Source: an archaeon (GTDB taxonomy: Archaea; SpSt-1190; DYHY01). From it: 64,000 nt of DNA. The number at the start of each line of letters is the position of its first letter. Position 1 is the stretch's first letter. The stretch lies in assembly GCA_043803745.1 (NCBI GenBank), contig JAZDJS010000026.1, positions 5,025 through 69,024 on the forward strand. Direction: 5' to 3'. The notes under the pieces are model-generated. The model was not told where the DNA came from. It saw only the letters and a list, made by a program, of their open reading frames with translations, and searched no databases. The translations under genes were made by a program, and so were the position numbers. This document shows, piece by piece, positions 17,864-26,685 of the stretch.

Positions 17864-18574
17864 TCAAGAAACAGTTATTATTTCCCTTGAGGGGCTCCAG
17901 CTGGAAAGGACGTCCGCATGGTATTTTTCAACTGCCTGGATAATAGTTTCGCTTTCCTCCGGAATCCTGTATTTGAAGACAAGCCCGATTGCATAGCCTT
18001 CGACCTTGAGGAAATTCTCGGCAGCTTCCCTTGATTCGAAAGCCTCCTCATAGGAGCGCGCGTTCTCAGTCCCGGGCCCCTTCGGGGCGAACTCCTCAAG
18101 GAGCTTGTATGCGTCAAGTATTTCCCGGCAGAGCAAGGATTCTCTCCCGATTCCGAGGGGCTTGAGCGGGCTTTTCGGGAAAATGTCAAAGTCTGCAAAA
18201 GCGTCGGGAGCACATTCCTCTCCTGGAGACGCGCCCCCCTTTTCCTGGGCAATCTCGGATTCAATTTCACCCAAGAGGGTGTCAGTTGCAAGAATCGAGA
18301 AATCCCAGACAGCCTGCCTTGCGGTTGCGACAGCGCCTTTCCCCGTGAATCTTGTGTAGGAGTCAAGGAGCCGGTATGCCTCCTCGCTGATTTCCGGGAC
18401 AACCCCCTCCGAAATCTCGGCAAGCCCGCTCTCCCCGGAATAGTATTTGGCATATCCCTCTAGAAATTTCGCAGCTTCCTCCTGGTACAGCTCGAGCGGT
18501 TCGGGGAAATCCAGTGCTTCAGGGCCACGGGGAGGGAGACTGGAAAGCGCAAAACCAAGGAACCAAGGGATCAT
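17864..18574 (-). CDS. hypothetical secreted acidic protein
   Basis: An N-terminal signal-like hydrophobic segment followed by an acidic helical protein. No family recognised. Confidence 0.4.
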   Translation of the reverse strand: MIPWFLGFALSSLPPRGPEALDFPEPLELYQEEAAKFLEGYAKYYSGESGLAEISEGVVPEISEEAYRLLDSYTRFTGKGAVATARQAVWDFSILATDTLLGEIESEIAQEKGGASPGEECAPDAFADFDIFPKSPLKPLGIGRESLLCREILDAYKLLEEFAPKGPGTENARSYEEAFESREAAENFLKVEGYAIGLVFKYRIPEESETIIQAVEKYHADVLSSWSPSREIITVS

Positions 18575-18629
18575 TCAAAGCACCCCCACAAAAAGATGAA
18601 CCGACTTTAAGTATTTTAGCGTAGCTAGC

Positions 18630-19103
18630 TTAAAGTTTCCCTTCTTCGAGAGCCTTGATTGCTTCTTTGCCCTTCATGCCCTCGACGGTTATGCCCATCG
18701 AAACGCAGGTCCCGACAAGCTGCTTGAGCGCGTTTTTTTCGCTCTTGAAGTGGAGAACGTCCTTTTTCTTTTCCAGGAGCTCCTTCAGCTGATTGAGCGT
18801 AACGTTCCCGACCGTTTCCTGGCCCTTGCCCGCCTCGCCCTTCGCCCCAAGGCTGAGCTTGAGCTCCTTCTTGATGAACTCGCTTGTCGCAGGCTGCCCG
18901 AGAGTCACTGAAAAGCTCTTGTCGGAAGTGTTGATCGCGACCGTGACCGGCACGCGCATTCCCGAGAAATCCTTTGTCGCCGAATTTATCTGGGCCACGA
19001 CCTGGCCCGGGTTGACTCCCATTGGCGCAAGAGCAGGTCCGAGAGGGGGTCCCGCAGTTGCCTTTCCGGCCTCGACAAGTATGTTTATTTTAGCAGTTGC
19101 CAT
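18630..19103 (-). CDS. rpl11: 50S ribosomal protein L11 (uL11)
   Basis: The N-terminal PPLGPALAPMGVN motif and the overall uL11 pattern. Confidence 0.9.
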   Translation of the reverse strand: MATAKINILVEAGKATAGPPLGPALAPMGVNPGQVVAQINSATKDFSGMRVPVTVAINTSDKSFSVTLGQPATSEFIKKELKLSLGAKGEAGKGQETVGNVTLNQLKELLEKKKDVLHFKSEKNALKQLVGTCVSMGITVEGMKGKEAIKALEEGKL

Positions 19104-19160
19104 ATTCCCTGCCTTCGGGCAGGGGGGTTTTTATTTGTTGTTGTTTCCCCACAGGTCCCC

Positions 19161-19727
19161 TTATTTCCCGGTTTTCTCCAAAAAAGCCCTGAGCTTGTCG
19201 CAGGCAATCTTCCGGTGGCTCATCTGGTTCTTCTTCAAGGTCCCCATTTCCCCGAAGGTCTGGTCGAAGCCGTCCGGCTGGAAAATGGAATCCCAGCTGA
19301 AGCCGCCATCCCCCCTCGGCGGGACTATCTTTCCCGAAACCTCGCCCTGAAAATACTGGATGTTGCTTCCATCGAAATACCCGACAAGCGTGACTACCCG
19401 CGCCCGGTCGTCCCCGTTTTTCAGGACGAACTCGGAAATCCCGTTCTTTCCCAGCGCCTGGGCGAAGGCTTGCGTGAACGAGCCGGGAAGGTTCCCGCCC
19501 AGGCAGGAAAGCATAAGGCAGGTTTTCTCGGCAAGGAACGGAATTGGCAGCTGCTTTGCAGCCTCAAGGAGCTTTTCCCGCAGAACCTCGGAAGGCTCAA
19601 GGGACTGTATTTCCTTTATCGGAAGGTCCATCAGGTCAATTGTCCATCCCGGAAGGAGGCTCTGGAACTCAACCTGCTTCGAAACGCTGCTGCTGACAAA
19701 GGCGAGACGCTTTTCTTCAGCCATCAT
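19161..19727 (-). CDS. non-canonical purine NTP pyrophosphatase (Ham1/ITPase family)
   Basis: C-terminal signature [20 protein letters not shown]...[10 protein letters not shown] (compare GFGYDPIF.P.G...TFAEM...K...SHR). Confidence 0.75.
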   Translation of the reverse strand: MMAEEKRLAFVSSSVSKQVEFQSLLPGWTIDLMDLPIKEIQSLEPSEVLREKLLEAAKQLPIPFLAEKTCLMLSCLGGNLPGSFTQAFAQALGKNGISEFVLKNGDDRARVVTLVGYFDGSNIQYFQGEVSGKIVPPRGDGGFSWDSIFQPDGFDQTFGEMGTLKKNQMSHRKIACDKLRAFLEKTGK

Positions 19728-20245
19728 CAGTCCTCGGTATTTTCTTCCTTCTTGTCCACAAGCCCCGCGCCAGTGTTGAGGTGCTGGATTACCCTGACAG
19801 CCTCGAGAGGAACCGTGACCGGGATTGCGACCGCAGCTTCGACGAACTCTATCGTGACCTCGCGCTTGCCCACGTCAACCCTGGTTGTCTTCGCCTTTTC
19901 GCCCTTGAATGCGCCGGAAACGACCTCTACAAGGTCGCCCTTTTCAATCTCAACGTTCGCCGGACGCGTCTCGAGGAAATGCTTTATCTCGTCAATCCTG
20001 ACAAGGTGCCTGACAATCCCGCGGACATGGTTTATTCCTGAAAGGGCCTCCTCAATGTCGCCGACGCTGTCCGCCTCTACAAGGACATATCCCTTCAGTT
20101 CCTTCGGAAGAAGGACCGCCTTTATCCCGTATGTCTTGTTGGTCATTGTCTGCTTCGCAAGGACGAGGTCGAGCTTCTCAAGAACGCCTTCTTCCCTTCC
20201 AACAGTTGTCCTTACCGCGTATATTACAGTCATTTTTTCATTCAC
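19727..20245 (-). CDS. spt5: transcription elongation factor Spt5 (NusG homologue)
   Basis: An NGN domain ([14 protein letters not shown]...GYVLVEA) and a KOW motif ([22 protein letters not shown]). Confidence 0.85.
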   Translation of the reverse strand: MNEKMTVIYAVRTTVGREEGVLEKLDLVLAKQTMTNKTYGIKAVLLPKELKGYVLVEADSVGDIEEALSGINHVRGIVRHLVRIDEIKHFLETRPANVEIEKGDLVEVVSGAFKGEKAKTTRVDVGKREVTIEFVEAAVAIPVTVPLEAVRVIQHLNTGAGLVDKKEENTED

Positions 20246-20356
20246 TCACTTTGTTTTTTCCATATGTATTGGTTCGGCCATCCTCAGATGGTCTAGCCCT
20301 CTGCTGGAAACCTCGGGTTTACGGCCCTCGGTCACTCCATCTATATTATTCAGCCA

Positions 20357-20524
20357 TCACACGCCAAGCAGCGTGAACACCAGCGTTATTATCAGTCCCA
20401 TTGCGCCCATCACGAGTATCCCGAGGCCCGTGAGCTTTGCAATCTGCAAATACTCCTTCCAGGAGGGCCTTTTCGCAACCTTGAGGACCCTAAGATAGTC
20501 GTTTAACTTTTCCTTCAGAGCCAA
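20357..20524 (-). CDS. secE: protein translocase subunit SecE/Sec61-gamma (TTG start; not in ORF track)
   Basis: Hand translation of the minus strand gives (M/L)ALKEKLNDYLRVLKVAKRPSWKEYLQIAKLTGLGILVMGAMGLIITLVFTLLGV, which matches archaeal SecE (KPTKDEYLAVAKVTALGISLLGIIGYII). It lies upstream of spt5 as in the conserved secE-nusG cluster, and its first ~33 nt overlap the ftsZ 3' end out of frame. Confidence 0.55.
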   Translation of the reverse strand: MALKEKLNDYLRVLKVAKRPSWKEYLQIAKLTGLGILVMGAMGLIITLVFTLLGV

Positions 20525-21680
20525 AGCCCTTCAGACCTCCCTTTGATGCATCGTTCTCAGACTCGGAATTGACGAAGGAAATCCCCAGGGATTTCTCCAT
20601 CTTCTCCTTCCGCTTCTGCTCGAATATCTTCTCGCGCACAAGAACCTGGGAAGACTGGATTCCCGTCACAATGAGCAGGACCTTTATCGCTTCCTTCATG
20701 GAATCCTCAATCCGTGCGCCCCAGATTACCTTCGCGCCAACCTCGAGCTTGTCAGAGACGACCGAGACGATCTGGCGGGATTCCTCGAGCGTGAGGTCCG
20801 GTCCGCCAATGACATCGACAAGAGCCCCCTTCGCCCCGGTTATGTCAACGTCAAGCAGGGGATTGTTGACTGCGCGCTGGATCGCCTCTCCCGCGCGGTT
20901 GTCGGAATCGCTTTCCCCGAGACCTATCAGGGCGAGTCCCCCGCCGCGCATAACCGCCCGCACGTCGGCGAAATCAAGGTTGATAAGACCGGGCTTTGTG
21001 ATTAGCTCGGCGATCCCCTTGACTGCGTTGACGAGGATTTCGTCGGCGACCTTGAACGCCGTTGCAATCGGTATGTCGGGGACTATCTGCAGGAGCTTGT
21101 CGTTCGGGACAACTATCAGCGTGTCAACGGACGTCTCGAGCTTTGCAAGCCCGCTGCTTGCATTGTCCCACCTGTGCTTTCCCTCCATTTCGAAGGGAAG
21201 CGTCGCAATCCCGATAACGAGCGCGCCGAGCTTCTTCGCAACCTCGGCAACAACCGGCGCGCTGCCCGTCCCGGTTCCGCCACCGAGGCCGCATGCAACG
21301 AAAACGAGGTCCGAGCCGGAAAGGGCCTGCTTGATTTCGCTCTCATTCTCCCTTGCCGCGGCTTCGCCAACAGCCGGATCCGCGCCAGCCCCAAGCCCGG
21401 CAGTTGTTTCCTTGCCGATTAGCAGTTTCTTGTTCGCCTTTATTTTCATGAGGTCCTGGGCGTCCGTGTTGATGGCGATTATCTCAGCGCCTTCAATCCC
21501 TATTTCCATCATCCTGTCCGCGGAGTTTCCACCGGCGCCGCCGCATCCGACAACCTTGATAACCGCCCGGCTCCCGGAGAAATCGGTGCTATCGTTCTGG
21601 ATCGTCACACGCCCCTTCTGTTCTTCTGCACGCCCAATTGCCGATTGAATAAGTCCCTTCATCATTTCAGCCGTCTCCAC
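20490..21680 (-). CDS. ftsZ: cell division GTPase FtsZ
   Basis: Tubulin/FtsZ signature GGGTGTGSAPVVAE, the N-terminal IKVVGCGGAGGN P-loop-like segment and an FtsZ-type C-terminal tail. Confidence 0.9.
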   Translation of the reverse strand: METAEMMKGLIQSAIGRAEEQKGRVTIQNDSTDFSGSRAVIKVVGCGGAGGNSADRMMEIGIEGAEIIAINTDAQDLMKIKANKKLLIGKETTAGLGAGADPAVGEAAARENESEIKQALSGSDLVFVACGLGGGTGTGSAPVVAEVAKKLGALVIGIATLPFEMEGKHRWDNASSGLAKLETSVDTLIVVPNDKLLQIVPDIPIATAFKVADEILVNAVKGIAELITKPGLINLDFADVRAVMRGGGLALIGLGESDSDNRAGEAIQRAVNNPLLDVDITGAKGALVDVIGGPDLTLEESRQIVSVVSDKLEVGAKVIWGARIEDSMKEAIKVLLIVTGIQSSQVLVREKIFEQKRKEKMEKSLGISFVNSESENDASKGGLKGFGSEGKVKRLS

Positions 21681-21681
21681 T

Positions 21682-22344
21682 TCATTCGAAAATGTATGTA
21701 AATTTAACCTTTTTTATTTCAGGAACGCCTTCCTTCGATTCCTCGAAAATCTCCGTCATGACCCCCTCAGGCATGGGATTTGCCGGAGGCAGGATAACCT
21801 CCGCAACATCCCCGGAAAGCGAGAATTTTGCATCCTGCCCCTTGTGCGCGTGGAGCCTCAGGATTCCCGCAAACTTTTCATTGAGCGCAGTTACGACCTT
21901 TTCGAGCGTGAACTCGTATTCAACCTCTTTCCCCGCAAGCGGGTGATTGAAGTCAAGGACAACGCGCCCCCCGGAAACCGACTGGACCTTCCCCATCAGC
22001 CCCTGAATGTTGACAATCATCCCGACAACCGGCTTCTGTTCCTTGAAGACCTTGTCGGGGACCGTCTGTATCTTGCTCGGGTCCCTTGCCCCGAAAGCCC
22101 GGTCGGAAGAAATCCGGACAACACGGGTTTCGCCCGGAGCCATCTGGACAACGGCGTCCTCAAGCCCCGCAAGCATGTGCCCGGAGCCGATCCGCACGGT
22201 CATAGGACCGTAGATGACCTGCTCGCTGTAGAGGCCGGCCTGGCGCGCCCTTGCCTCGTCTGTCAGGTCGAAGACCTCGCCGGTTTCGACGATTTTCCCA
22301 ACATAGCTCACTGAAACGAAATCTCCCTTCACAGGATTTGCCAT
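21682..22344 (-). CDS. FKBP-type peptidyl-prolyl cis-trans isomerase (archaeal long type with IF insert)
   Basis: An FKBP fold (GDFVSVSYVGKIVETGEVFD...) with the insert-in-flap region seen in ~26-kDa archaeal FKBPs. The stop abuts the ftsZ start. Confidence 0.75.
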   Translation of the reverse strand: MANPVKGDFVSVSYVGKIVETGEVFDLTDEARARQAGLYSEQVIYGPMTVRIGSGHMLAGLEDAVVQMAPGETRVVRISSDRAFGARDPSKIQTVPDKVFKEQKPVVGMIVNIQGLMGKVQSVSGGRVVLDFNHPLAGKEVEYEFTLEKVVTALNEKFAGILRLHAHKGQDAKFSLSGDVAEVILPPANPMPEGVMTEIFEESKEGVPEIKKVKFTYIFE

Positions 22345-22498
22345 TTTATTTTTTCTTCACTCCATCTGTTTTATTCTAGCCCGGCTTGTTCGTCAGGTTT
22401 CGCGCTTTGCCCAGGTCCGCCGGACCGCGGCTCGGCGCCCTAACCTTTTCTTTCCCTAGTTTCTCCTTCTCCCAGTCATCAAAACCAAAAGAAGCAAT

Positions 22499-22891
22499 TT
22501 GTGGGGAAAAGCCAGTGTTTTTAAAGTTATGTTGCCCACTCGCCGGATGGAAGTCCTCAAACCCTCGGAATCAGCGGAAAAGAAGAACGTCCTCAGCGTC
22601 AGCAAGGAAATCAAGATTCCGGAAGACATGCCGAAGGTTTATGCGATCGGCGCCGCCGGCGGTTTCACGCCCTACGATTTCAGGATACTTTTCTTCGATG
22701 CCGGAAGGCATCAGCCGGAAGGGCGCGTCGAAATAGCGTTGTCGCCCCTTGCAGCGAAGGAGCTCCGCGACTGGCTTGACGGGCTCGTCAAGGAGTTTGA
22801 GAAGAAGGTGCGGAAAATAGAGCGCAAGCCGGGCATGCCGAACAAGTCAGAAATGAAGCAGTCGGGCCAGACTCTCAGGATGTTCGGGTAA
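22499..22891 (+). CDS. hypothetical protein (possibly DUF3467-like)
   Basis: A small basic protein. The block VYAIGAAGGFTPYDFRILFFDAGRH resembles DUF3467 family members. The call is uncertain and the start is probably an internal Met. Confidence 0.35.
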   Translation: MWGKASVFKVMLPTRRMEVLKPSESAEKKNVLSVSKEIKIPEDMPKVYAIGAAGGFTPYDFRILFFDAGRHQPEGRVEIALSPLAAKELRDWLDGLVKEFEKKVRKIERKPGMPNKSEMKQSGQTLRMFG

Positions 22892-22936
22892 GTAGCCCCT
22901 TTAGTTCTGCGTCTCAGGGTCCGTTTGCTTATCTCC

Positions 22937-24259
22937 TTATTCCCTTTTTATCGGAATGTATGCTTCCTCTTCAACCAGCATAAGCATCAGGAAGACGATC
23001 GCGCCAATCCCGACCGCCCAGAGCATCGGGGTGTTCTCGATCAAGTCGAACTGGAGCCAGCCGAGGAGGAAGACCAGCGCGAAATAGACCGAGACGGCCG
23101 CGTTCCCTGCAAGCGAGACTCCCGAGGATGCGAAGAAAATCGACGCAAGCCCGACGACGAGGAGTGCAAGGACAGCCTCAAGCAGGATCGGCGATGTCCT
23201 GAACGCGAGGAAAACAGTTGCGGACCCGAGGAGAAGCCCGAGCAAGCGGCGGACTCCCTTCGAAATTCCCGGAAAGTTCTGCGGGGAGAAAAGGCAGACC
23301 GAAACGGTCACGAGGAAGACGATTCCGAGGTCGTACCAGATGCTAGTCAGCGAGGGCGCGCCGGACCGCGCGAAGACCGTGCCGAGGAAGTATGCAGTCG
23401 CCATAAGGAACCAGACGAACGGGTCGTCAATTGCGAAAAAGTGGCTCCCAAGGAAACCCTTTGCGGCAAGGCGCTCGAAGGCTTTTTCGACGTCCGAGGC
23501 CGCAACCCCGAGCCAGCTCGCAATAAGCGGGGCGTGCTTCCTGTCCTTGCCATAGGATTTCACGTAGCCGAGAACCTTTTCCTCGTGTTCGGAAAGGACC
23601 CGCGCGGCCATCGCATGCTCGTAGAACATCACTGCGGCCGGAACGACGGTCACGGTCGCCACAAGAGAGATTCCGTTCGCAATTGCGACAAGTATCCCCA
23701 AAAAGCCAGTCATTTCGTACGTGAACGCGGCAATCCCTAGGAACATCAGGGTTTCAATCACGTAGACGCCCGCAACCGATTTGGAGAGCTTGGAGAACGT
23801 CTCAAAAAGGCTTGTGAGAACGGTCGCAGGCTTCCTCCTTTCGTCGAAATACTTCTTGACGAGGGTGTAGTTGAGGCCGACCGCCGTAGTGAAGGCGAAC
23901 GTTGCGAAAATGGTTTCGATGCCAGAGGGGCTTTCCCCGAGCGCATATGCTATCAGAAGGGTCACCGGTACGGAAATTAGCGCGGGATAAAGCGCGGTGA
24001 GCGCCTTGCGGAAGCTACGGAGCATAAGCGTAACGAGAACTCCCGTTGCAGCGACAAGGGAAATGAAAAGAATCACGGTGTTGCCGAGATATGCCGTGAA
24101 GACGGGGTCCGTTGTTACCGCAAGCCCCCCGGCAAGGAGAAGGAACGACAGGACGAGAACGGCCCGCCAGTGGTATGTCGCCTCCCTTGCGAGAGGCCCG
24201 ATTACCCTGCTGTAATGCCGGTGTTCGATTGGGGATGAAAGCTCCGTTTCAGTAGCCAT
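22937..24259 (-). CDS. polytopic membrane protein with an embedded cytoplasmic winged-helix-like domain
   Basis: Ten or more hydrophobic helices, with a soluble segment (EHEEKVLGYVKSYGKDRKHAPLIASWLGVAASDVEKAFERLAAKGFL) that looks like a wH/HTH domain. Confidence 0.45.
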   Translation of the reverse strand: MATETELSSPIEHRHYSRVIGPLAREATYHWRAVLVLSFLLLAGGLAVTTDPVFTAYLGNTVILFISLVAATGVLVTLMLRSFRKALTALYPALISVPVTLLIAYALGESPSGIETIFATFAFTTAVGLNYTLVKKYFDERRKPATVLTSLFETFSKLSKSVAGVYVIETLMFLGIAAFTYEMTGFLGILVAIANGISLVATVTVVPAAVMFYEHAMAARVLSEHEEKVLGYVKSYGKDRKHAPLIASWLGVAASDVEKAFERLAAKGFLGSHFFAIDDPFVWFLMATAYFLGTVFARSGAPSLTSIWYDLGIVFLVTVSVCLFSPQNFPGISKGVRRLLGLLLGSATVFLAFRTSPILLEAVLALLVVGLASIFFASSGVSLAGNAAVSVYFALVFLLGWLQFDLIENTPMLWAVGIGAIVFLMLMLVEEEAYIPIKRE

Positions 24260-24307
24260 GTCCCAAGAACGCGCCCCCGCTTTTATTGCTTTTCGGTCGT
24301 TGCCGGA

Positions 24308-25267
24308 TTATTCAAGCGGCCCGACAAGAATACGCCCTTCCTTCCGCCGGAACTCTTTCACGATGCCGGAAAGCCTCTTGCCCGCCCTTGCAAGCGAGAT
24401 TAACTCGTCAATTTCCCGGAGGTTGCCCAATATTTTCTCTCCGGAAAGCCGAAGGGAGGCTTCCTCCTGCTCAAGGGTTGAAATGCTTTTTTCAAGCCGT
24501 TCCAGCTTCTTCTGCTTCTCGGAAATCTTCGGGCTTTCCGGGGAGGTCAGTTCCCCGAGGGAAATTGCCGGCTCGGAAGGCGTTGCGGAAAAGAGCTCCC
24601 TGATTGCGGAAATTATTTTCCGCCGCCCCTCCTGGCTGCCAATCCCGTCCGCCCCGGAAATATCAATTATCCTCCCGGAAATCTCCGGGCCGAACCCGAA
24701 GGAAACCGCAAGGAGCCTTCCGGCCGAATCCCCGGGCCCGCCAGTCAGGTCGCTTTCGGAAAGCTCATCCGGACATTTTCCAGGTCCCTTCGGGGGGCGG
24801 TATTCCTCCCCGACGGCGATTTTCCGCCCCCTCCATTCCCGCGGTTCCCTGGCGAAGACTATTCTTCCCTCCCGGCCGAGAAGGAGGAGGTTCCCGTCGA
24901 AAGTCTCGGCAACAAGGGAAGTTCCATTGGAGAACGAGATTCTGAGAATCCTGTCGAATCCAACCTGACCTGCCGAGGAAACGACGAGGCCCGAGAGAAA
25001 CTGCCTTCCGAACTTCCAGGTTTCGCTGCCCGGAACCTCCGTCTCGGCCGGAAGGAATCCCAGCAAGCCCTTGCCAAGGGCGAGAAGTTTCTTCCCGCCA
25101 AGTTTCCGCGAATAGAATTCTATCCCGAAGGAACTGCCGGAAATCCTGGAGACGCCCTTGTCAATCTTCGCCCCCGGAAGATTCTCGGCGAGCCATTTCG
25201 ATGCAAGGAAAAATTCAAGGCTGTTCATTGTCCGGAAGAGCCTCCAGTTCCTTTTCCGCAGGCTCAC
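24308..25267 (-). CDS. NFACT-N domain protein (short Rqc2/FbpA-like) with coiled-coil tail
   Basis: N-terminus MNSLEFFLASKWLAENLPGAKIDKGVSRI...FDRILRISF...GNLLLLGREGRI resembles the NFACT-N domain. The C-terminus is a heptad coiled coil. At ~300 aa it lacks the NFACT-R/C domains. Confidence 0.45.
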   Translation of the reverse strand: MSLRKRNWRLFRTMNSLEFFLASKWLAENLPGAKIDKGVSRISGSSFGIEFYSRKLGGKKLLALGKGLLGFLPAETEVPGSETWKFGRQFLSGLVVSSAGQVGFDRILRISFSNGTSLVAETFDGNLLLLGREGRIVFAREPREWRGRKIAVGEEYRPPKGPGKCPDELSESDLTGGPGDSAGRLLAVSFGFGPEISGRIIDISGADGIGSQEGRRKIISAIRELFSATPSEPAISLGELTSPESPKISEKQKKLERLEKSISTLEQEEASLRLSGEKILGNLREIDELISLARAGKRLSGIVKEFRRKEGRILVGPLE

Positions 25268-25913
25268 TCAGCGGTTCAGTCGCAGCTTCCTCGGCGGAAA
25301 TCTCCGCCCTCGCAGTTTCAACAGCCCCGTCAATGATTGCCTTGTCCTTTGCGTCAAGCTTTCCCTTGAGTGATTCGAGGGGCGCCCCGAAATAATCGGC
25401 GAACCTCTCGGTTGTCCTGAGAAGCCGAGTTATCCCCTTCGGTTCCGCAACAACAAGCCCGGAGCCGACAAGGTTCTTGACCTGCTCATACGCCCGGTTC
25501 CCCCGGATTTTCACGATTTCGCTCTGCTTAATCGGCTGATAGAACGCAATCACCGCAAGGGTTTTCGTTTCCCCGTCGGAAAGGTCCGTGAAGTTCGAAA
25601 GCCGCCTTACCTGGGAAAGGAACTCGTCCTTGACCTTCATCTTGTATTTTATTTCCTGGCCGACCTCGCGCACAACCTCCAGGGCGCTTTCAGCAGTTCC
25701 CGCGCCAACGAGGGATTCGACCGCGTCCCGCGCCCTTGCTGGCGTGAGGGTTGGCACCGCTTTCAGCAGTTCCTTGACCGTGAGCCCCCTTCCGGAGATG
25801 AAAAGCGCAGCTTCCGCAAGCCGGCGATTGACCCTCAAAAGCGCCTCATCTGCCATTTGGGAATTCCCCCTCCCGCTCCCCGGCGGACGGCTGCGGAATT
25901 TCCGAAGCAACAA
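25215..25913 (-). CDS. scpB: segregation and condensation protein B
   Basis: Tandem winged-helix pattern (EAALFISGRGLTVKELLKAV...TLAVIAFYQPIKQSEIVKIRG) typical of ScpB. It lies directly downstream of scpA with overlapping ends. Confidence 0.7.
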   Translation of the reverse strand: MLLRKFRSRPPGSGRGNSQMADEALLRVNRRLAEAALFISGRGLTVKELLKAVPTLTPARARDAVESLVGAGTAESALEVVREVGQEIKYKMKVKDEFLSQVRRLSNFTDLSDGETKTLAVIAFYQPIKQSEIVKIRGNRAYEQVKNLVGSGLVVAEPKGITRLLRTTERFADYFGAPLESLKGKLDAKDKAIIDGAVETARAEISAEEAATEPLSEPAEKELEALPDNEQP

Positions 25914-26577
25914 TGACCTGCTGGCTGGCGCGCCTTATTGTTATAGAGCCGTTCCATTCCTCCTGGAAAAGGTCAAGTTCCCCGTTGTTGGCCATGTGAA
26001 GGATTGAAAGGAACGCAATTTCGAATTTCTTGTATCTGAGGATTTCGGCGAACTCAATGGATTCCCGCGCATGGAAAAGGTCGTCGAAAATGACCCTGAG
26101 ATCCCTCATCACCGCGTCGATGTTCGCCGTCGTTATCCTGACGCCAATCTGCCTGAAGTTCTTCTTCCTTAGGAGCTTGCGTTTTTCAACCTCGAACGCG
26201 CTCCTCAGCGCGTCGACAAGCTCGACAATTGTTATTTTCCGCTCGACAATCCGCCTTACCGGATGGAGGTCCGGAACCGATTCGATGTCAATCTGCAGGG
26301 CGGAGGGTGCCAGCGACGCCCTTTCCCCCCTTTCCCGCTCCTCGAAGAAAAGCTTCTCGCTTTTCAGCTTCAGGAGCACTGCCGCGGTAATCACCGCCTT
26401 CCCGGGAATCCTGAAATCGAGGGCCTGTATCGCCATTATCCTCTGAAGATATCCCGCAGTGAGCGCGGTAATGTCGATGTCCCAGGGGTTTATCTTCTCC
26501 TCCCGGACAAGCTCGACAAGCTGCGAGTCCCACTTCTCAAGCTCGCCAAGCGCAAGGCCGATGAAATCGATTCCCAT
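25846..26577 (-). CDS. scpA: segregation and condensation protein A (kleisin)
   Basis: ScpA N-terminal motif (WDSQLVELVREEKINPWDIDITALTAGYL) and a C-terminal winged helix. It pairs with scpB. Confidence 0.75.
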   Translation of the reverse strand: MGIDFIGLALGELEKWDSQLVELVREEKINPWDIDITALTAGYLQRIMAIQALDFRIPGKAVITAAVLLKLKSEKLFFEERERGERASLAPSALQIDIESVPDLHPVRRIVERKITIVELVDALRSAFEVEKRKLLRKKNFRQIGVRITTANIDAVMRDLRVIFDDLFHARESIEFAEILRYKKFEIAFLSILHMANNGELDLFQEEWNGSITIRRASQQVIVASEIPQPSAGEREGEFPNGR

Positions 26578-26685
26578 CCGGTTCGGCCGGGGCGCTCTGT
26601 GCTTTTAGACTTTTTCCTGAATCGCAAAAGTCTCGACGTTTAAATCGAGGCAAATCAATCCGCGATTCATGTCAAACTGCCGAAT

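Noticed and set aside
20131-20376. 81-aa + strand ORF between spt5 and ftsZ
   Set aside because: It overlaps the antisense strand of the SecE reading frame and has no motif. secE on the minus strand explains this region better.
20569-21648. 359-aa + strand ORF antisense to ftsZ
   Set aside because: It is antisense to ftsZ with a Ser/Pro/Ala-rich low-complexity translation. The ftsZ frame carries the unambiguous tubulin signature.
22925-23740. 271-aa + strand ORF rich in R/E/D/P (ORF track)
   Set aside because: It lies entirely antisense to the well-supported 440-aa membrane protein gene, has low-complexity composition and no motif. It is a typical GC-rich shadow ORF.
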